This document shows, one piece after another, positions 45,896 through 55,812 of a stretch of 64,000 nt of DNA. This stretch comes from Candidatus Levyibacteriota bacterium (GTDB taxonomy: Bacteria; Patescibacteriota; Microgenomatia; Levybacterales; UBA12049): assembly GCA_029260905.1 (NCBI GenBank), contig JAJDCH010000009.1:26498-90497 (forward strand), given 5' to 3'. A program made the translations under genes and the position numbers. Every line of letters begins with the position of its first letter. The first letter of the stretch is position 1. Below the pieces are notes generated by a model. The model was not told where the DNA came from. It made no database searches and was given only the letters and a program-made list of their open reading frames with translations.

Positions 45896-46649
45896 CATTA
45901 TTTTTGTTAACCCGCTTATTAATGCAATGGTTGCAATTTATCACTTATTAACAAGTGCTGGAATTCCATATGCTGTTGGGTTTTCGATAGTTGGGCTTAC
46001 AGCGGTGATACGTATTGTGATTTCTCCCCTCTTGGCGCATCAAATAAAGGCGCAAAAAAAAATGCAAGCAATGCAGCCACATCTATCGAAAATAAAAGAA
46101 AAGCATAAGGGTGATGCTAAGGCTCAACAGGCAGCAACAATGGCACTTTATAAAGAACATGAGATTAATCCAGCAGCAGGTTGTTTGCCGCTCTTGGTTC
46201 AGTTGCCCCTTTTTTGGGCGCTTTTTCATGTTATTCAAGAAATTGTTAAAAAAGACGGTATTACATACATAAACAAAGCTGTTTATTCAAGCAGTTTGAG
46301 AGTAACGGGTAATTGGGACACAAGTTTTTTTGGACTTCCGATAGGTCAATCGCCAAGCGAGCTTGTTTCAACAACCGGCTTTCTCATTGTTCTTGTACCT
46401 ATTATCACAGCAGCTTTAATGTTTGTTCAGTCAAAAATGCTTGCGCCAAAGGTTAAGAAAGACGCAGTTAAAAAAGATGGACCTGATGATTTTGCAACAA
46501 CTTTTCAGAAGCAATCAATGTATTTAATACCTATAATCATCGGTTTTGCTGGTTGGACATTCTCAATAGGACTTTCTCTGTACTGGAATACTTTTACTAT
46601 TTTTGGTATTATACAGCAGTACTTTTTAAACAAAGATAAAAATGAGTGA
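45879..46649 (+). CDS. yidC: membrane protein insertase YidC (short form)
   Basis: MQPHLSKIKEKH, LYKEHEINPAAGCLPLLVQLP, GLSLYW; start set to ATG at 45879. Confidence 0.95.
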   Translation: MGNIFDIIFVNPLINAMVAIYHLLTSAGIPYAVGFSIVGLTAVIRIVISPLLAHQIKAQKKMQAMQPHLSKIKEKHKGDAKAQQAATMALYKEHEINPAAGCLPLLVQLPLFWALFHVIQEIVKKDGITYINKAVYSSSLRVTGNWDTSFFGLPIGQSPSELVSTTGFLIVLVPIITAALMFVQSKMLAPKVKKDAVKKDGPDDFATTFQKQSMYLIPIIIGFAGWTFSIGLSLYWNTFTIFGIIQQYFLNKDKNE

Positions 46650-47109
46650 TCTAAAAATTACAACCAAAGAAAAAAAAACAATAGAAGAAGCAATCGGTGA
46701 TCTTTTTGCATCCCTTGAGATACAGGGGACATTTACTCTTTCACAAAATGATGAAATATTAGATATTGTGATGGAAACTGAAGATAGTGGCATGATAATT
46801 GGATATCATGGAGAGACACTTGAATCGCTTCAGCTTATTATTTCTTTAATGGTTGCCAAAAAGATAGATAAGTTTATAAGAGTTTCAATTGAGGTTGACG
46901 GTTACAAAAAAGCCCGCATGGAATATCTGGAATCTTTGGCAAGACAGATGAAGGAAAAAGTGTTAGAAGAAAAACAGGAACAGGTGGTAGATTCTCTTAA
47001 ATCATGGGAGAGGCGTATTGTTCACCTTGCCCTTCAAGATGATCCTGATGTTGTTTCAGAGTCAGCTGGCGTTGGACGCGACAGGGTTCTAATAATAAAG
47101 CCCAAGTAA
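46642..47109 (+). CDS. jag: Jag/KhpB RNA-binding protein (KH + R3H)
   Basis: IIGYHGETLESLQ, ERRIVH, SESAG.GRDR. Confidence 0.93.
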   Translation: MSDLKITTKEKKTIEEAIGDLFASLEIQGTFTLSQNDEILDIVMETEDSGMIIGYHGETLESLQLIISLMVAKKIDKFIRVSIEVDGYKKARMEYLESLARQMKEKVLEEKQEQVVDSLKSWERRIVHLALQDDPDVVSESAGVGRDRVLIIKPK

Positions 47110-47174
47110 ATTGCTGCATTGCTTGATTGTTCAATTGTTAAGACAACAATGAAACAATGAAACAATGAGACAAT
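47110..47174. repeat. inverted array of degenerate 8-mers
   Basis: ATTGCTGC ATTGCTTG ATTGTTCA ATTGTTAA / AACAATGA x3 GACAAT. Confidence 0.75.
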
Positions 47175-48487
47175 TCGTTTCAAACCTCGAAAAAATTCTC
47201 TTCTACGCGTTACTCCTTTTGCTCCCTGTGCAACTTGGCAAACATTTCTGGCCTAGCTCTTCTTTTGTTCATGGTTTGAGAATTGATTATTTATCCCCCA
47301 CTCTTTACTTGACTGACATTATTGTTGGGTTGTTGTTTGTTGTGTGGGCTATTCGCGCATTTGGTGCAAGGCGTAAGGCGCAAAACTTAAAACAACAATT
47401 AAAAACTAAAAGTTTTTTAAGCTTCACAGCAGCGTTTTTGTTTTTGGTTTTCAATGTTTTTCAAAACGCGGTAATAGAGCACGCCCTTTATTATGTGTTA
47501 AAAATTCTAGAAATGGGTTTTGTGGTTTTTTATATAGCTAAATTTGTGGATTTGAAAAAAGATTTGGTAAAGGTTATAAGTATTTTAGGTTTGGGCTCTG
47601 TTTTTGAATCAATTCTTGCAATTGCCCAGTTTTTTAACAAAGGATCAATTGGAGGAGTGTTATATTATCTTGGGGAACGGACATTTACATCAACTACTCC
47701 TGGAATTTCTAATGCGTCAATTCAGGGAGAGCTAGTTCTTCGACCGTATGCAACATTCCCCCACCCCAATGTGCTAGCTGGATATTTGGTGGTTGTAATG
47801 ACACTTGTTTTGTTTTTGTTTGTAATGATAAGCAAAAAACAAAAAACTATCAGTTATCAGTTATCAGTTATCAGTTATCTTATCCTTAGTACATTTGCCC
47901 TTTTCCTAACGCTTAGCAGAATAGCAGTATTGGTTTGGGTTTTGGTTTTAGGATTTGTGTTGGTTAAAAAAATATTATCCAGCAATGTGGTAATAAAACA
48001 GGTAGGCAATATGTTAACAATTTTTATTATAATTGCTTTTGTTTTTTTTACTCCCCTATTCTCCCGTTTTCTGGAAACATCAATTAGAGAACAGTCAGTT
48101 GTGCAAAGAAAAGAATTGATAAATGCATCAGTCGAGATGGTAAAAGAAAAGCCATTTACAGGAGTTGGTCTTGGTAACTTTATCCCAACACTTGTTAATA
48201 TAAGTGGTCCGCTTAAATCATCAACTTATCTCCAACCGGTTCATAATATTTATCTTCTCGTTGCTGCAGAAACAGGACTGATTGGGCTTGGTTTTTTTCT
48301 GATTTTTCTCTATAAAACATTTAAAAAAACCAGCCATAAGCTACATATCATAAGTCATATGCGATTGGTTTTTTTAATAATTTTAGTTCTTGGAATGTTT
48401 GATCATTACTTCTTAACACTTCAACAAGGGCAACTGCTTTTTGTAGTTGTCTTGGGTTTGTGCTGGACAAAAAATAATTTTACATAA
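47165..48487 (+). CDS. O-antigen ligase family membrane protein
   Basis: RPYATFPHPNVLAG, LTLSR, PFTGVGLGNF, PVHNIYLLVAAETGLIG. Confidence 0.9.
   Translation: MRQFVSNLEKILFYALLLLLPVQLGKHFWPSSSFVHGLRIDYLSPTLYLTDIIVGLLFVVWAIRAFGARRKAQNLKQQLKTKSFLSFTAAFLFLVFNVFQNAVIEHALYYVLKILEMGFVVFYIAKFVDLKKDLVKVISILGLGSVFESILAIAQFFNKGSIGGVLYYLGERTFTSTTPGISNASIQGELVLRPYATFPHPNVLAGYLVVVMTLVLFLFVMISKKQKTISYQLSVISYLILSTFALFLTLSRIAVLVWVLVLGFVLVKKILSSNVVIKQVGNMLTIFIIIAFVFFTPLFSRFLETSIREQSVVQRKELINASVEMVKEKPFTGVGLGNFIPTLVNISGPLKSSTYLQPVHNIYLLVAAETGLIGLGFFLIFLYKTFKKTSHKLHIISHMRLVFLIILVLGMFDHYFLTLQQGQLLFVVVLGLCWTKNNFT
47848..47879 (+). repeat. tandem repeat (TATCAGT)x4 inside the O-antigen ligase gene
   Basis: Four exact copies plus TATC, encoding ISYQLSVISY. 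Confidence 0.9.
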
Positions 48488-48684
48488 ATTAATAATTGAT
48501 AGTTTAAAGTTGTGAACGGGAAAAAATTTACAAACAGTAGCTTCGCAAACTTAAGGTTTCTTATTTTTTTCGTAACTTTTGAAAGTTGAGATTAGCCCGC
48601 AAATTTGAGTAAAATTCACATCCCGCACTGCGAAAACCCATCTGATCCATTCACTAAAACTAATAAATTTAGTATCATAAAATT

Positions 48685-51363
48685 ATGCCCAATGATCAGC
48701 CCGCCCTAATCGCAACTGAAGAAAAGCAAACTCTGCCAATTTTAATAGTAGATAAAAAAGGAGGATTTGGAACCATGCTTGCTCAAAAATTACAAGAGCA
48801 CTTCCTTGTAGTTCTTGTTAGTAAAGATGTACCTGATTTTCATAAAAACCTTATCCATGTCCCCTATAAGAGAAAGATACCAACAATTCCCGATAATACA
48901 TTTACACAAATTTTTGTTTTTTATAACGGCGAAGAAGAAGTGCTTGAAATGCTTCCAAGCTTTATGAAAAAGGCAAACGATACAGGAGGGAAATTAATTT
49001 TCATATTAAGTCTTTTTCAAAGCAATGAAAAAATATTTAAAAGAATCTCTCACCATACATATCATTCAATGCAAACAATTTTATATGGTGAGGTTTTTGA
49101 ACAAAAAGCAACTTCATCTAATGTTGTTAATTTTTTTGTCCATCAAGCAAGAGGAAAAGGCAAGCTTGAAATACCAAATGATGGTATGGATAAATATTAT
49201 CCAGTTTTTGATGAAGATGTAATCACGGTTATTATCGCGACCGCATTTAGTCAAGGAAAACCAAATAAGCTTACTTTTGTTTTTCCTAAGGTTCCGTTTA
49301 CGGCTTTAAGTATTGCAAGAATTATTAAAAAAATTAATCCAGATTTGAGTTTTGATTTTAAAAAAAGTAAGTACAAGGCGCCCAATCTTTTTATGCCCGA
49401 TGGGGGAGTTTATGTATACACTTCATATCCACTTGAAGATCGGATCAGAATGATTCCAGCAAAGCATGATAAATGGATTGAAAAAGCATCTAGCAAAGTT
49501 CTCAAGCTACCAAAACAAGAATTAAAATTTAATTTTAAGACTTTTCTGCTTAGTGTTTTGGTTGCAACAATGCTTCCGCTTATTGTTTCTGTTTTTTCAA
49601 TGGGGTTAGGACTTTTTGGGCTTTATGGATCTGTGAGTGCTTTTTCCAGAGGAGAGGTGCAAGCAGCAGAAGGGTTTGCTGGCTTTTCGAAGAGCTCATT
49701 TGAAGTTGCTGATTTTACAAGTAGCAATTTCCCAGCTATTTATTTTTTTCCTGAACCATTTAGGTCAAATTTCACAGACAGTATTTTAAGAGGTAAAAGA
49801 GTATCAGTTGCAGGTCTTGAGCTGATTCAGGCATTTGTAGTAGTTAAAAACATAACCAATGGAGAAAGCAAAAGCCCCAAAGATGATTATTTAAAATCAA
49901 TTGCATCAATTAAAAACTCGCTTCTTACTCTTTCTCAGATGAGAACAGAAGGGCAAATACCACCAAGTATAGAAAAAAAACTAGCTGATCTGGATGAATT
50001 GATAGGCATAGTTGAAAATACAATTGATGCAACACCTGAGCTTTTGGGATTTGATGAAGAGAAAAAATATCTGATTCTTTTTCAAAATAATATGGAACTT
50101 CGTGCAGGAGGTGGCTTTATTGGATCATATGGACTTTTGACATTGAGAGATGGAAGAGTAAAGGATTTTGTAGTCAATGATGTTTATGATGCAGATGGTC
50201 AATTAACAACGCATGTGGAGCCACCATATGCTCTTAGACGTTATTTAGGGGTTGAGCATTGGTTCATGAGAGATAGTAACTATTCAATTGATTTTAGCGC
50301 TTCAGGTGCAGCTGCAGCCGACTTATTTGAAAGATCAGTTGATGTAACTGTTGACGGAGTAATAGGGATAGACACTGTTTTTTTGAAAAAGATTTTGGAG
50401 GCAGTTGGTCCTGTGTCTGTGAGTGATTATAAAGAAACTGTAAATGCAGACAACTTTTATCTTTTGACACAAACTCATGCTGAAAAAAATTTTTTTCCTG
50501 GATCAACCCAGAAAAAAGATTTTTTAAGATCTTTATTTACAACACTTCAATTAAAGGTGTTTGAGGGGGATATATCTTATTTTGATCTTATAAAAAAAAC
50601 TGGTGAGGCAATAAAAGAAAAACATGTGCTTTTTGCATTTAAAAATAGGGCAGTTGAAGAAGTGTTTAAAGTCAACTCGTTAACAGGTGGGTTTTGGGAT
50701 GAAAGAACTTCCAAGACAGATACGTTTCTTGACTTTCTGGGAATAGTTGATAGTAACCTGGGGTCAAATAAGGTTAATTATTATCTCAAACGAAAAATAA
50801 GCCACGGTGTGAATTTTTCGCCAAGTGGTAATGTAACAGCTGTTGCTGTAGTTGATTTTGAAAACACCAGCACAAAAGATAGTATTTTTGGTGGGGATTA
50901 CAAAAACTATATGCGTTTTATACTTCCAGAGGGCGCTGTTCTGAATGCAGTAAGTATCGATGGATTGGCTATTGAAACAACACCAGCAATAACAGAACCT
51001 TCAATTTTTAATGATCAGACTTTTGTACCACCAAGTCAATTAGAGATAGAAACATCGGTAGTTGATGGAAAAAACATAATTGGATTTTTTTTGATTGTCC
51101 CAACAAGTTCAAAAAAGAAGATTGGAGTTTCATATTCGATTGCAAATGCTCTAAATATAGATTCTGATAAGTTCTCATATAATCTCAGGCTATTTAAACA
51201 GCCAGGAACAGTTGATGATCCTTATGCGCTTACATTTACTTACCCAAACTCGATAAAACTTTCAGACAAAAATATAGGAATAGTAGATCTTGGAGGAAAA
51301 TTTGTTTTTGAATCAAAAATGCTGACTGATCAAGATATAATTATTAATTTCGTAAAAAGGTAA
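48685..51363 (+). CDS. DUF4012 domain protein with degenerate N-terminal Rossmann/epimerase-like region
   Basis: YLILFQNNMELRAGGGFIGSYG, DVYDADGQ, MRDSN, DSNLGSNKVN, KQPG; central TM. Confidence 0.85.
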   Translation: MPNDQPALIATEEKQTLPILIVDKKGGFGTMLAQKLQEHFLVVLVSKDVPDFHKNLIHVPYKRKIPTIPDNTFTQIFVFYNGEEEVLEMLPSFMKKANDTGGKLIFILSLFQSNEKIFKRISHHTYHSMQTILYGEVFEQKATSSNVVNFFVHQARGKGKLEIPNDGMDKYYPVFDEDVITVIIATAFSQGKPNKLTFVFPKVPFTALSIARIIKKINPDLSFDFKKSKYKAPNLFMPDGGVYVYTSYPLEDRIRMIPAKHDKWIEKASSKVLKLPKQELKFNFKTFLLSVLVATMLPLIVSVFSMGLGLFGLYGSVSAFSRGEVQAAEGFAGFSKSSFEVADFTSSNFPAIYFFPEPFRSNFTDSILRGKRVSVAGLELIQAFVVVKNITNGESKSPKDDYLKSIASIKNSLLTLSQMRTEGQIPPSIEKKLADLDELIGIVENTIDATPELLGFDEEKKYLILFQNNMELRAGGGFIGSYGLLTLRDGRVKDFVVNDVYDADGQLTTHVEPPYALRRYLGVEHWFMRDSNYSIDFSASGAAAADLFERSVDVTVDGVIGIDTVFLKKILEAVGPVSVSDYKETVNADNFYLLTQTHAEKNFFPGSTQKKDFLRSLFTTLQLKVFEGDISYFDLIKKTGEAIKEKHVLFAFKNRAVEEVFKVNSLTGGFWDERTSKTDTFLDFLGIVDSNLGSNKVNYYLKRKISHGVNFSPSGNVTAVAVVDFENTSTKDSIFGGDYKNYMRFILPEGAVLNAVSIDGLAIETTPAITEPSIFNDQTFVPPSQLEIETSVVDGKNIIGFFLIVPTSSKKKIGVSYSIANALNIDSDKFSYNLRLFKQPGTVDDPYALTFTYPNSIKLSDKNIGIVDLGGKFVFESKMLTDQDIIINFVKR

Positions 51364-51368
51364 ATTAT

Positions 51369-52064
51369 ATGTCTCTTCTTGATTTTATTTTCCCAAAACG
51401 TTGTGTTGGTTGTAGAAAGTTCGGTTCACGTATTTGTACTGATTGTTTTTCCCAAATTTCTTTTATTGATGGGGGAGTCTGTGTTGTTTGTCAGCATCAT
51501 GCAATTAATGGTCTAACCCACCCTGTTTGTGGTGGGAAATACACACCTGATGGTGTATTTTCAAGCCTTGTTTATAAAAGCGTTGTCAAAAAACTGATTT
51601 ATAAATTTAAGTATAAGCCTCATCTAATTGTTTTGAAATCTCAAATGACTGATCTTTTTTATGAAGGTCTTTTAGAAAAGGAAGAGTTTTATAATCTTTT
51701 AGATAAACAGGTTGCTTTTATTCCAATTCCACTTCATGCATCCCGTTTTAGAATGCGTGGTTATAACCAATCAGAGCTTCTGGCAAAAGAACTGGGGAAA
51801 AGATTTAGTGTAGCTGTTTTAAGTGTTTTAGAAAGAGTAAAAAATACCAAGACGCAGGTTGGTTTGAAAAAAGAGGATAGGGAAAAAAATATCAAAAACG
51901 CGTTTAGGATTAAGAATAATGAATTAGGAACTAGGAATTATAATGCTGTTTTTTTGGTGGATGATGTAGCAACGAGCGGTGCGACTCTTAAAGAAGCAGC
52001 AAAAGTTTTGAAAAAAGCAGGATTTAAGAAAGTTTATGGTCTGACTCTAGCGCATGGAGAATAG
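51369..52064 (+). CDS. comF: ComF family competence protein (double zinc ribbon + PRTase)
   Basis: FPKRCVGC, PIPLH...RGYNQSELLA, LVDDVATSGATL. Confidence 0.93.
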   Translation: MSLLDFIFPKRCVGCRKFGSRICTDCFSQISFIDGGVCVVCQHHAINGLTHPVCGGKYTPDGVFSSLVYKSVVKKLIYKFKYKPHLIVLKSQMTDLFYEGLLEKEEFYNLLDKQVAFIPIPLHASRFRMRGYNQSELLAKELGKRFSVAVLSVLERVKNTKTQVGLKKEDREKNIKNAFRIKNNELGTRNYNAVFLVDDVATSGATLKEAAKVLKKAGFKKVYGLTLAHGE

Positions 52065-52100
52065 TTTTACATTTGTCCTAAGATTAAGTATCATCAAGGT

Positions 52101-52541
52101 ATGAAGATTACCAACAAAAAGGCCTTTTTTGATTTTGAAATTAGAGAGAAGTTTGAAGCAGGCATAAATCTGACTGGAGCTGAGGTCAAGGCAATACGCT
52201 TGGGGCACGCTGATTTGACAGGAGCATTTGTCAAAATAAAAGGACTGGAAGCCTATCTAGTAGGCTCAAAAATTTTCCCATATGAATATGCAAGACCTGA
52301 TAATTATGATTCAATGCGAACAAGAAAACTGCTTTTGCATAAAAAAGAATTGATCTCGCTTAAGTCCAAAATTGAGGGCGCGAACTTGACTTTGGTGCCT
52401 GTTTCATGGTATACTACAAGTCGCCTGATTAAGCTTGAGGTAGCGCTTGGAAAATCAAAGAAGAAGTTTGACAAAAAAGCAGCAATTAAGAAAAAAGATC
52501 TTGATCGTGAACAGGAAGAACTTTTAAAGAATAAATACTAA
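52101..52541 (+). CDS. smpB: SsrA-binding protein
   Basis: NKKAFFDF, EAGINLTGAEVKAIR, RTRKLLLHKKE; adjacent tmRNA. Confidence 0.97.
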   Translation: MKITNKKAFFDFEIREKFEAGINLTGAEVKAIRLGHADLTGAFVKIKGLEAYLVGSKIFPYEYARPDNYDSMRTRKLLLHKKELISLKSKIEGANLTLVPVSWYTTSRLIKLEVALGKSKKKFDKKAAIKKKDLDREQEELLKNKY

Positions 52542-52598
52542 ATTCGAATTGATAGAAATCAACATTCACTTATAAAAATTAACATTTGATTTTTATTG

Positions 52599-53021
52599 GG
52601 GGATGAATTGATTCGACGGGAAAAGTACCTTAAAAACTGCAAGCCGGCATTGAATCAAAGCCGTAAAACTGATTCAAAAATTAAATGCTAAATCTAGCAT
52701 TAAAAATCTAGAAGATAGGTTGGCGCTCGCGGAAGCGAAGCTAGCTAGGAGACTAGGTTTCGGACAATCAGCTTACGCGCAAGCAATTGCTGCTTAGGTT
52801 TTAGTCCTGTCTGTATGGTCTTTCTCAGCGGGATTATATAAGGCAAAAATACAGTTGGGGAACTTTATCTAAGACTGGTTAGTCTTTTATATCGAATTTA
52901 TAACCTATGCTTTACTTTTCTTGTTAATTGGATAAGGTAAAGTTAAATTTAAAAATTAACTAAGCTTGTAGATGTTGAGAGATAATTTATCCGGACTCCA
53001 GTTCACTGCTGGACATCTCCA
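52599..53021 (+). ncRNA. ssrA: tmRNA (one-piece)
   Basis: 5' GGGGATG...GATTCGACGGG pairs with 3' CATCTCC-A (G3:U); T-arm TCCAG TTCACTG CTGGA; tag frame 52687-52797 ends YAQAIAA-stop; directly after smpB. Confidence 0.93.
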
Positions 53022-53022
53022 C

Positions 53023-53055
53023 AAATAAACCGTCAGAAATGACGGTTTTTTATTT
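53023..53055. terminator. bidirectional intrinsic terminator
   Basis: AAACCGTCA-GAAA-TGACGGTTT hairpin with T tract, between convergent ssrA and CDS. Confidence 0.85.
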
Positions 53056-53056
53056 A

Positions 53057-54919
53057 TTAAAGCTTGATTTCAAAAATCTTTTTGTCTGCGAGAAATTTTA
53101 TTGTTCCACCACTTTCATCAACATCGATAGCTAGGGCCTTGCCGAGAAGATCTGCAACGTATTGGGATTTAAAAGCACCCTCTTTATCAAGAGTAACAAT
53201 TCTTGAGTTGCCTTTATCAAGAACATAAACATTTTCAGTGTCAATGTTGGTTGCAATTTTTGTGGGATTGTTAAAAGGTTGATCAATTCCTGAAATTTTA
53301 AGCCCGTCAGACTCGCCCCTGGTGTATTTGGAGACATCTCCAGTTGAATAAAGAACCCAAACAGATCCATCGATTGCCATACTCACGGCCTTACTAATAT
53401 CAGGGCTAGTTTGAAAGTAGTCTGACCTGCCAAATCCGCTTGATCCCGCAACGTATTTATGTATTTGGTTGTTTTGATCTAATATATAAATATTTCCTTG
53501 ATAGACTGATAAGTCTTTTGGGTTTTCCCAATCATCATCATTTTCAATAATTTCTTTCCCGTCAACAATCACAGCATCTTTGGTTAAGACATGAACACCA
53601 TCTGTTCCAGTGGTAGTAGAAATAGCATTTTTGCTGTCAAGCAGTACACCAAGCAAGCTGTTGTCATCAACTGTTATTTCTTTTGGCTCAACCTTATTTA
53701 CATTTGCTGTTTCTGTCAGTTCATCCTGTACTTTTTTGTGAAGATCTTCTATTTGATTATCCTGCTCTGACCCTTGTTTAAATTTTTCTAGATTTGCTTT
53801 TAGCAAGTTTTCTGCTTCCATAAAATCACTTCTTGCTAAACCTTCATTTATACTTTTGAGGTCTATTCCGCTTTGATAATTTTTAAGTGCAGGATCATAA
53901 ATAGCTGCAAACTCAGCATCTGTTTTTTGATCAATTTGTTTTTTGGTGTTGAGAATGAGACTTGAGACAAGAACTAGTAATATAAAAATTACAACACTTA
54001 GAATCATTTTTTTTCGATGATTAAGATTTTGGAATTTTGAACCTAGAACCCCCCAAACCTGTATTTGTTTTGAAGAGCCAAAGAGGCGAGGGTCTGGATC
54101 AGCATCAGGAGTTGCGTATTCTGCGCTTGGATTATCAGGCCTTATGACATCTGCATCAAGAGATTCATTTTCATACGATTTTTCTTCAGTAATTTTTTCA
54201 TCCTCTGTTTCAATACCACCATCCTCATCATCGGCTATTTGGAGTTCTTGTTTTTTTACTTCATCTTCAATGGTGGGCTCGTCTTTTGTATCAGCTTGAT
54301 GGGAAATGCCTTGGTAATTAACTATTACAGCTCCAAGTCCACCGTTTTCTGTTTTGTGCATTGCAGGAGACAAGACTTCTGCAATATCGTTTGGGAGGGT
54401 TGCCTCAAGCGCTTCTTCTATTTTTGATCTCTCTACATTCTCTGAGAACTGAATTGTTTCAAGAATAATTAGATCTTTATTTTCAAGAAAGCCTGATGCT
54501 GACAATACCTCATTGTTTGTATCTGTTTTTTCAAGTAATTCTCCTATTTTATCCCCTCTTTTCATGATGACTCTTCCAGCACCTGCTATAAACACATACA
54601 AAACATTTTCCTTTATGAAACAAATTGAAAGACTGATGAGGGTTGATTTGGGAACTGAATTTATACTTTCTTCAATTGCAGTTTTGATAGTTTCAATTGT
54701 CTTTTCAGAGAGGGCAAAGAATTCAGCTTCCAGATTGTTTAGAACATCTTTGCCGATTGAGTTAAGGGGAATTTCTTCATGTTTTTCTCTTATCAGCGAG
54801 AGAATAGCAAAAAAGTTTCCTGCGTTGTAAGCCTGTGCCCAAGACAAGTCAGTTGGTGTTGCAACCAGTTTGGCAAACGAGATGACAGGAGCACTTGCTT
54901 TAAGTGAATTCTCAGACAT
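53057..54919 (-). CDS. membrane protein: degenerate PP2C-like N-domain, TM, extracellular NHL/beta-propeller-like domain
   Basis: LYVFIAGAGRV..KRG...SASGFL..KDLIILET (PPM-fold-like, no metal-binding DG motifs); TM; repeats YQGNIYILD, IDGSVWVL, ENVYVLDKGNSRIV. Confidence 0.65.
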   Translation of the reverse strand: MSENSLKASAPVISFAKLVATPTDLSWAQAYNAGNFFAILSLIREKHEEIPLNSIGKDVLNNLEAEFFALSEKTIETIKTAIEESINSVPKSTLISLSICFIKENVLYVFIAGAGRVIMKRGDKIGELLEKTDTNNEVLSASGFLENKDLIILETIQFSENVERSKIEEALEATLPNDIAEVLSPAMHKTENGGLGAVIVNYQGISHQADTKDEPTIEDEVKKQELQIADDEDGGIETEDEKITEEKSYENESLDADVIRPDNPSAEYATPDADPDPRLFGSSKQIQVWGVLGSKFQNLNHRKKMILSVVIFILLVLVSSLILNTKKQIDQKTDAEFAAIYDPALKNYQSGIDLKSINEGLARSDFMEAENLLKANLEKFKQGSEQDNQIEDLHKKVQDELTETANVNKVEPKEITVDDNSLLGVLLDSKNAISTTTGTDGVHVLTKDAVIVDGKEIIENDDDWENPKDLSVYQGNIYILDQNNQIHKYVAGSSGFGRSDYFQTSPDISKAVSMAIDGSVWVLYSTGDVSKYTRGESDGLKISGIDQPFNNPTKIATNIDTENVYVLDKGNSRIVTLDKEGAFKSQYVADLLGKALAIDVDESGGTIKFLADKKIFEIKL

Positions 54920-54922
54920 TAT

Positions 54923-55174
54923 TTATACTATAACAATAGTAATTAAAAAAAGCGAGATTCCAAGAATTAGGAAAATGGCAGATGTTGTTTGGATGATGGC
55001 TGATGCTTTGTTTGCAGATAAATTAAGCGTTCTGTTTAAGACCTTTACTCTGCTGATTACAATAAGCGTAAAAAGAATATAGACAAACACAAGGCCAAGA
55101 AGTAAAAGTTTAAACGTAAGATTTATCCCCTCTGTTTGTGCAAAACTGAAAAAACTGATCAGATCAGGTGACAT
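54923..55174 (-). CDS. small two-TM membrane protein
   Basis: Two hydrophobic helices; operon position. Confidence 0.65.
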   Translation of the reverse strand: MSPDLISFFSFAQTEGINLTFKLLLLGLVFVYILFTLIVISRVKVLNRTLNLSANKASAIIQTTSAIFLILGISLFLITIVIV

Positions 55175-55811
55175 TTCTTTTTGCTCCTTTCACTTGAGGT
55201 CTAAGATCAGTTACAAGATCTGCAACAGTTGCAGGATGAGGTGTTTGCTCAAATTCAAAATTGGCTTTTAGCGCCTCAGTTTGAATCGGCACATCACCAT
55301 AGTCAAAAAAACTTTGGAAAAACCCTTTTTGGGTATAAGAAACATCAACAACGTCTTCGATGTTTGTTTCAGATAGATGGTAATGAAGAATGTTATCAAT
55401 ATCAAGATCAAGAAGTCTCTTTTGGGTCACTATTCCAACATGATAAAACCAGACCATGAATTTGGTAAAAGCAAAGTTAAAAACAAGAATGTAGTAGAAA
55501 GAAACAAGAATGAAAATATATTGGGATGAAATTGAAAATGGAATAAGGTTTGGCAAAAATAAAAAAATAAAGGGAATTAATAAAAATATAAAGGTATAAA
55601 AAATCCAAACAAAATTTGTGATGAAATGACGTCTGAGAAAAAGTATTAATTTTTCTGATTTTTCCTGATTGGCAAAGTGAATCCCTGTTGGGCTGGGGCA
55701 GTACGCGCTAAAAATACCAGGTTCTTGATCCACCTCTTTGAGAATAGGGTTTGTGTTTTCGGTTTCTTGCTTTTTTGTTTCGGTTTTCGTATTTACAAAA
55801 ATATCAGGCAT
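55164..55811 (-). CDS. membrane protein with bacterial PH domain
   Basis: EKLILFLRRH, two TM, W.....IVTQKRLLD...VDVSY.QKGFFQSFFDYGDV.IQT. Confidence 0.8.
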   Translation of the reverse strand: MPDIFVNTKTETKKQETENTNPILKEVDQEPGIFSAYCPSPTGIHFANQEKSEKLILFLRRHFITNFVWIFYTFIFLLIPFIFLFLPNLIPFSISSQYIFILVSFYYILVFNFAFTKFMVWFYHVGIVTQKRLLDLDIDNILHYHLSETNIEDVVDVSYTQKGFFQSFFDYGDVPIQTEALKANFEFEQTPHPATVADLVTDLRPQVKGAKRNVT

Positions 55812-55812
55812 A

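Noticed and set aside
42281-48684. parS or dif sites near the origin
   Set aside because: No match to TGTTTCACGTGAAACA or a dif consensus was noticed by eye; a formal scan was not possible.
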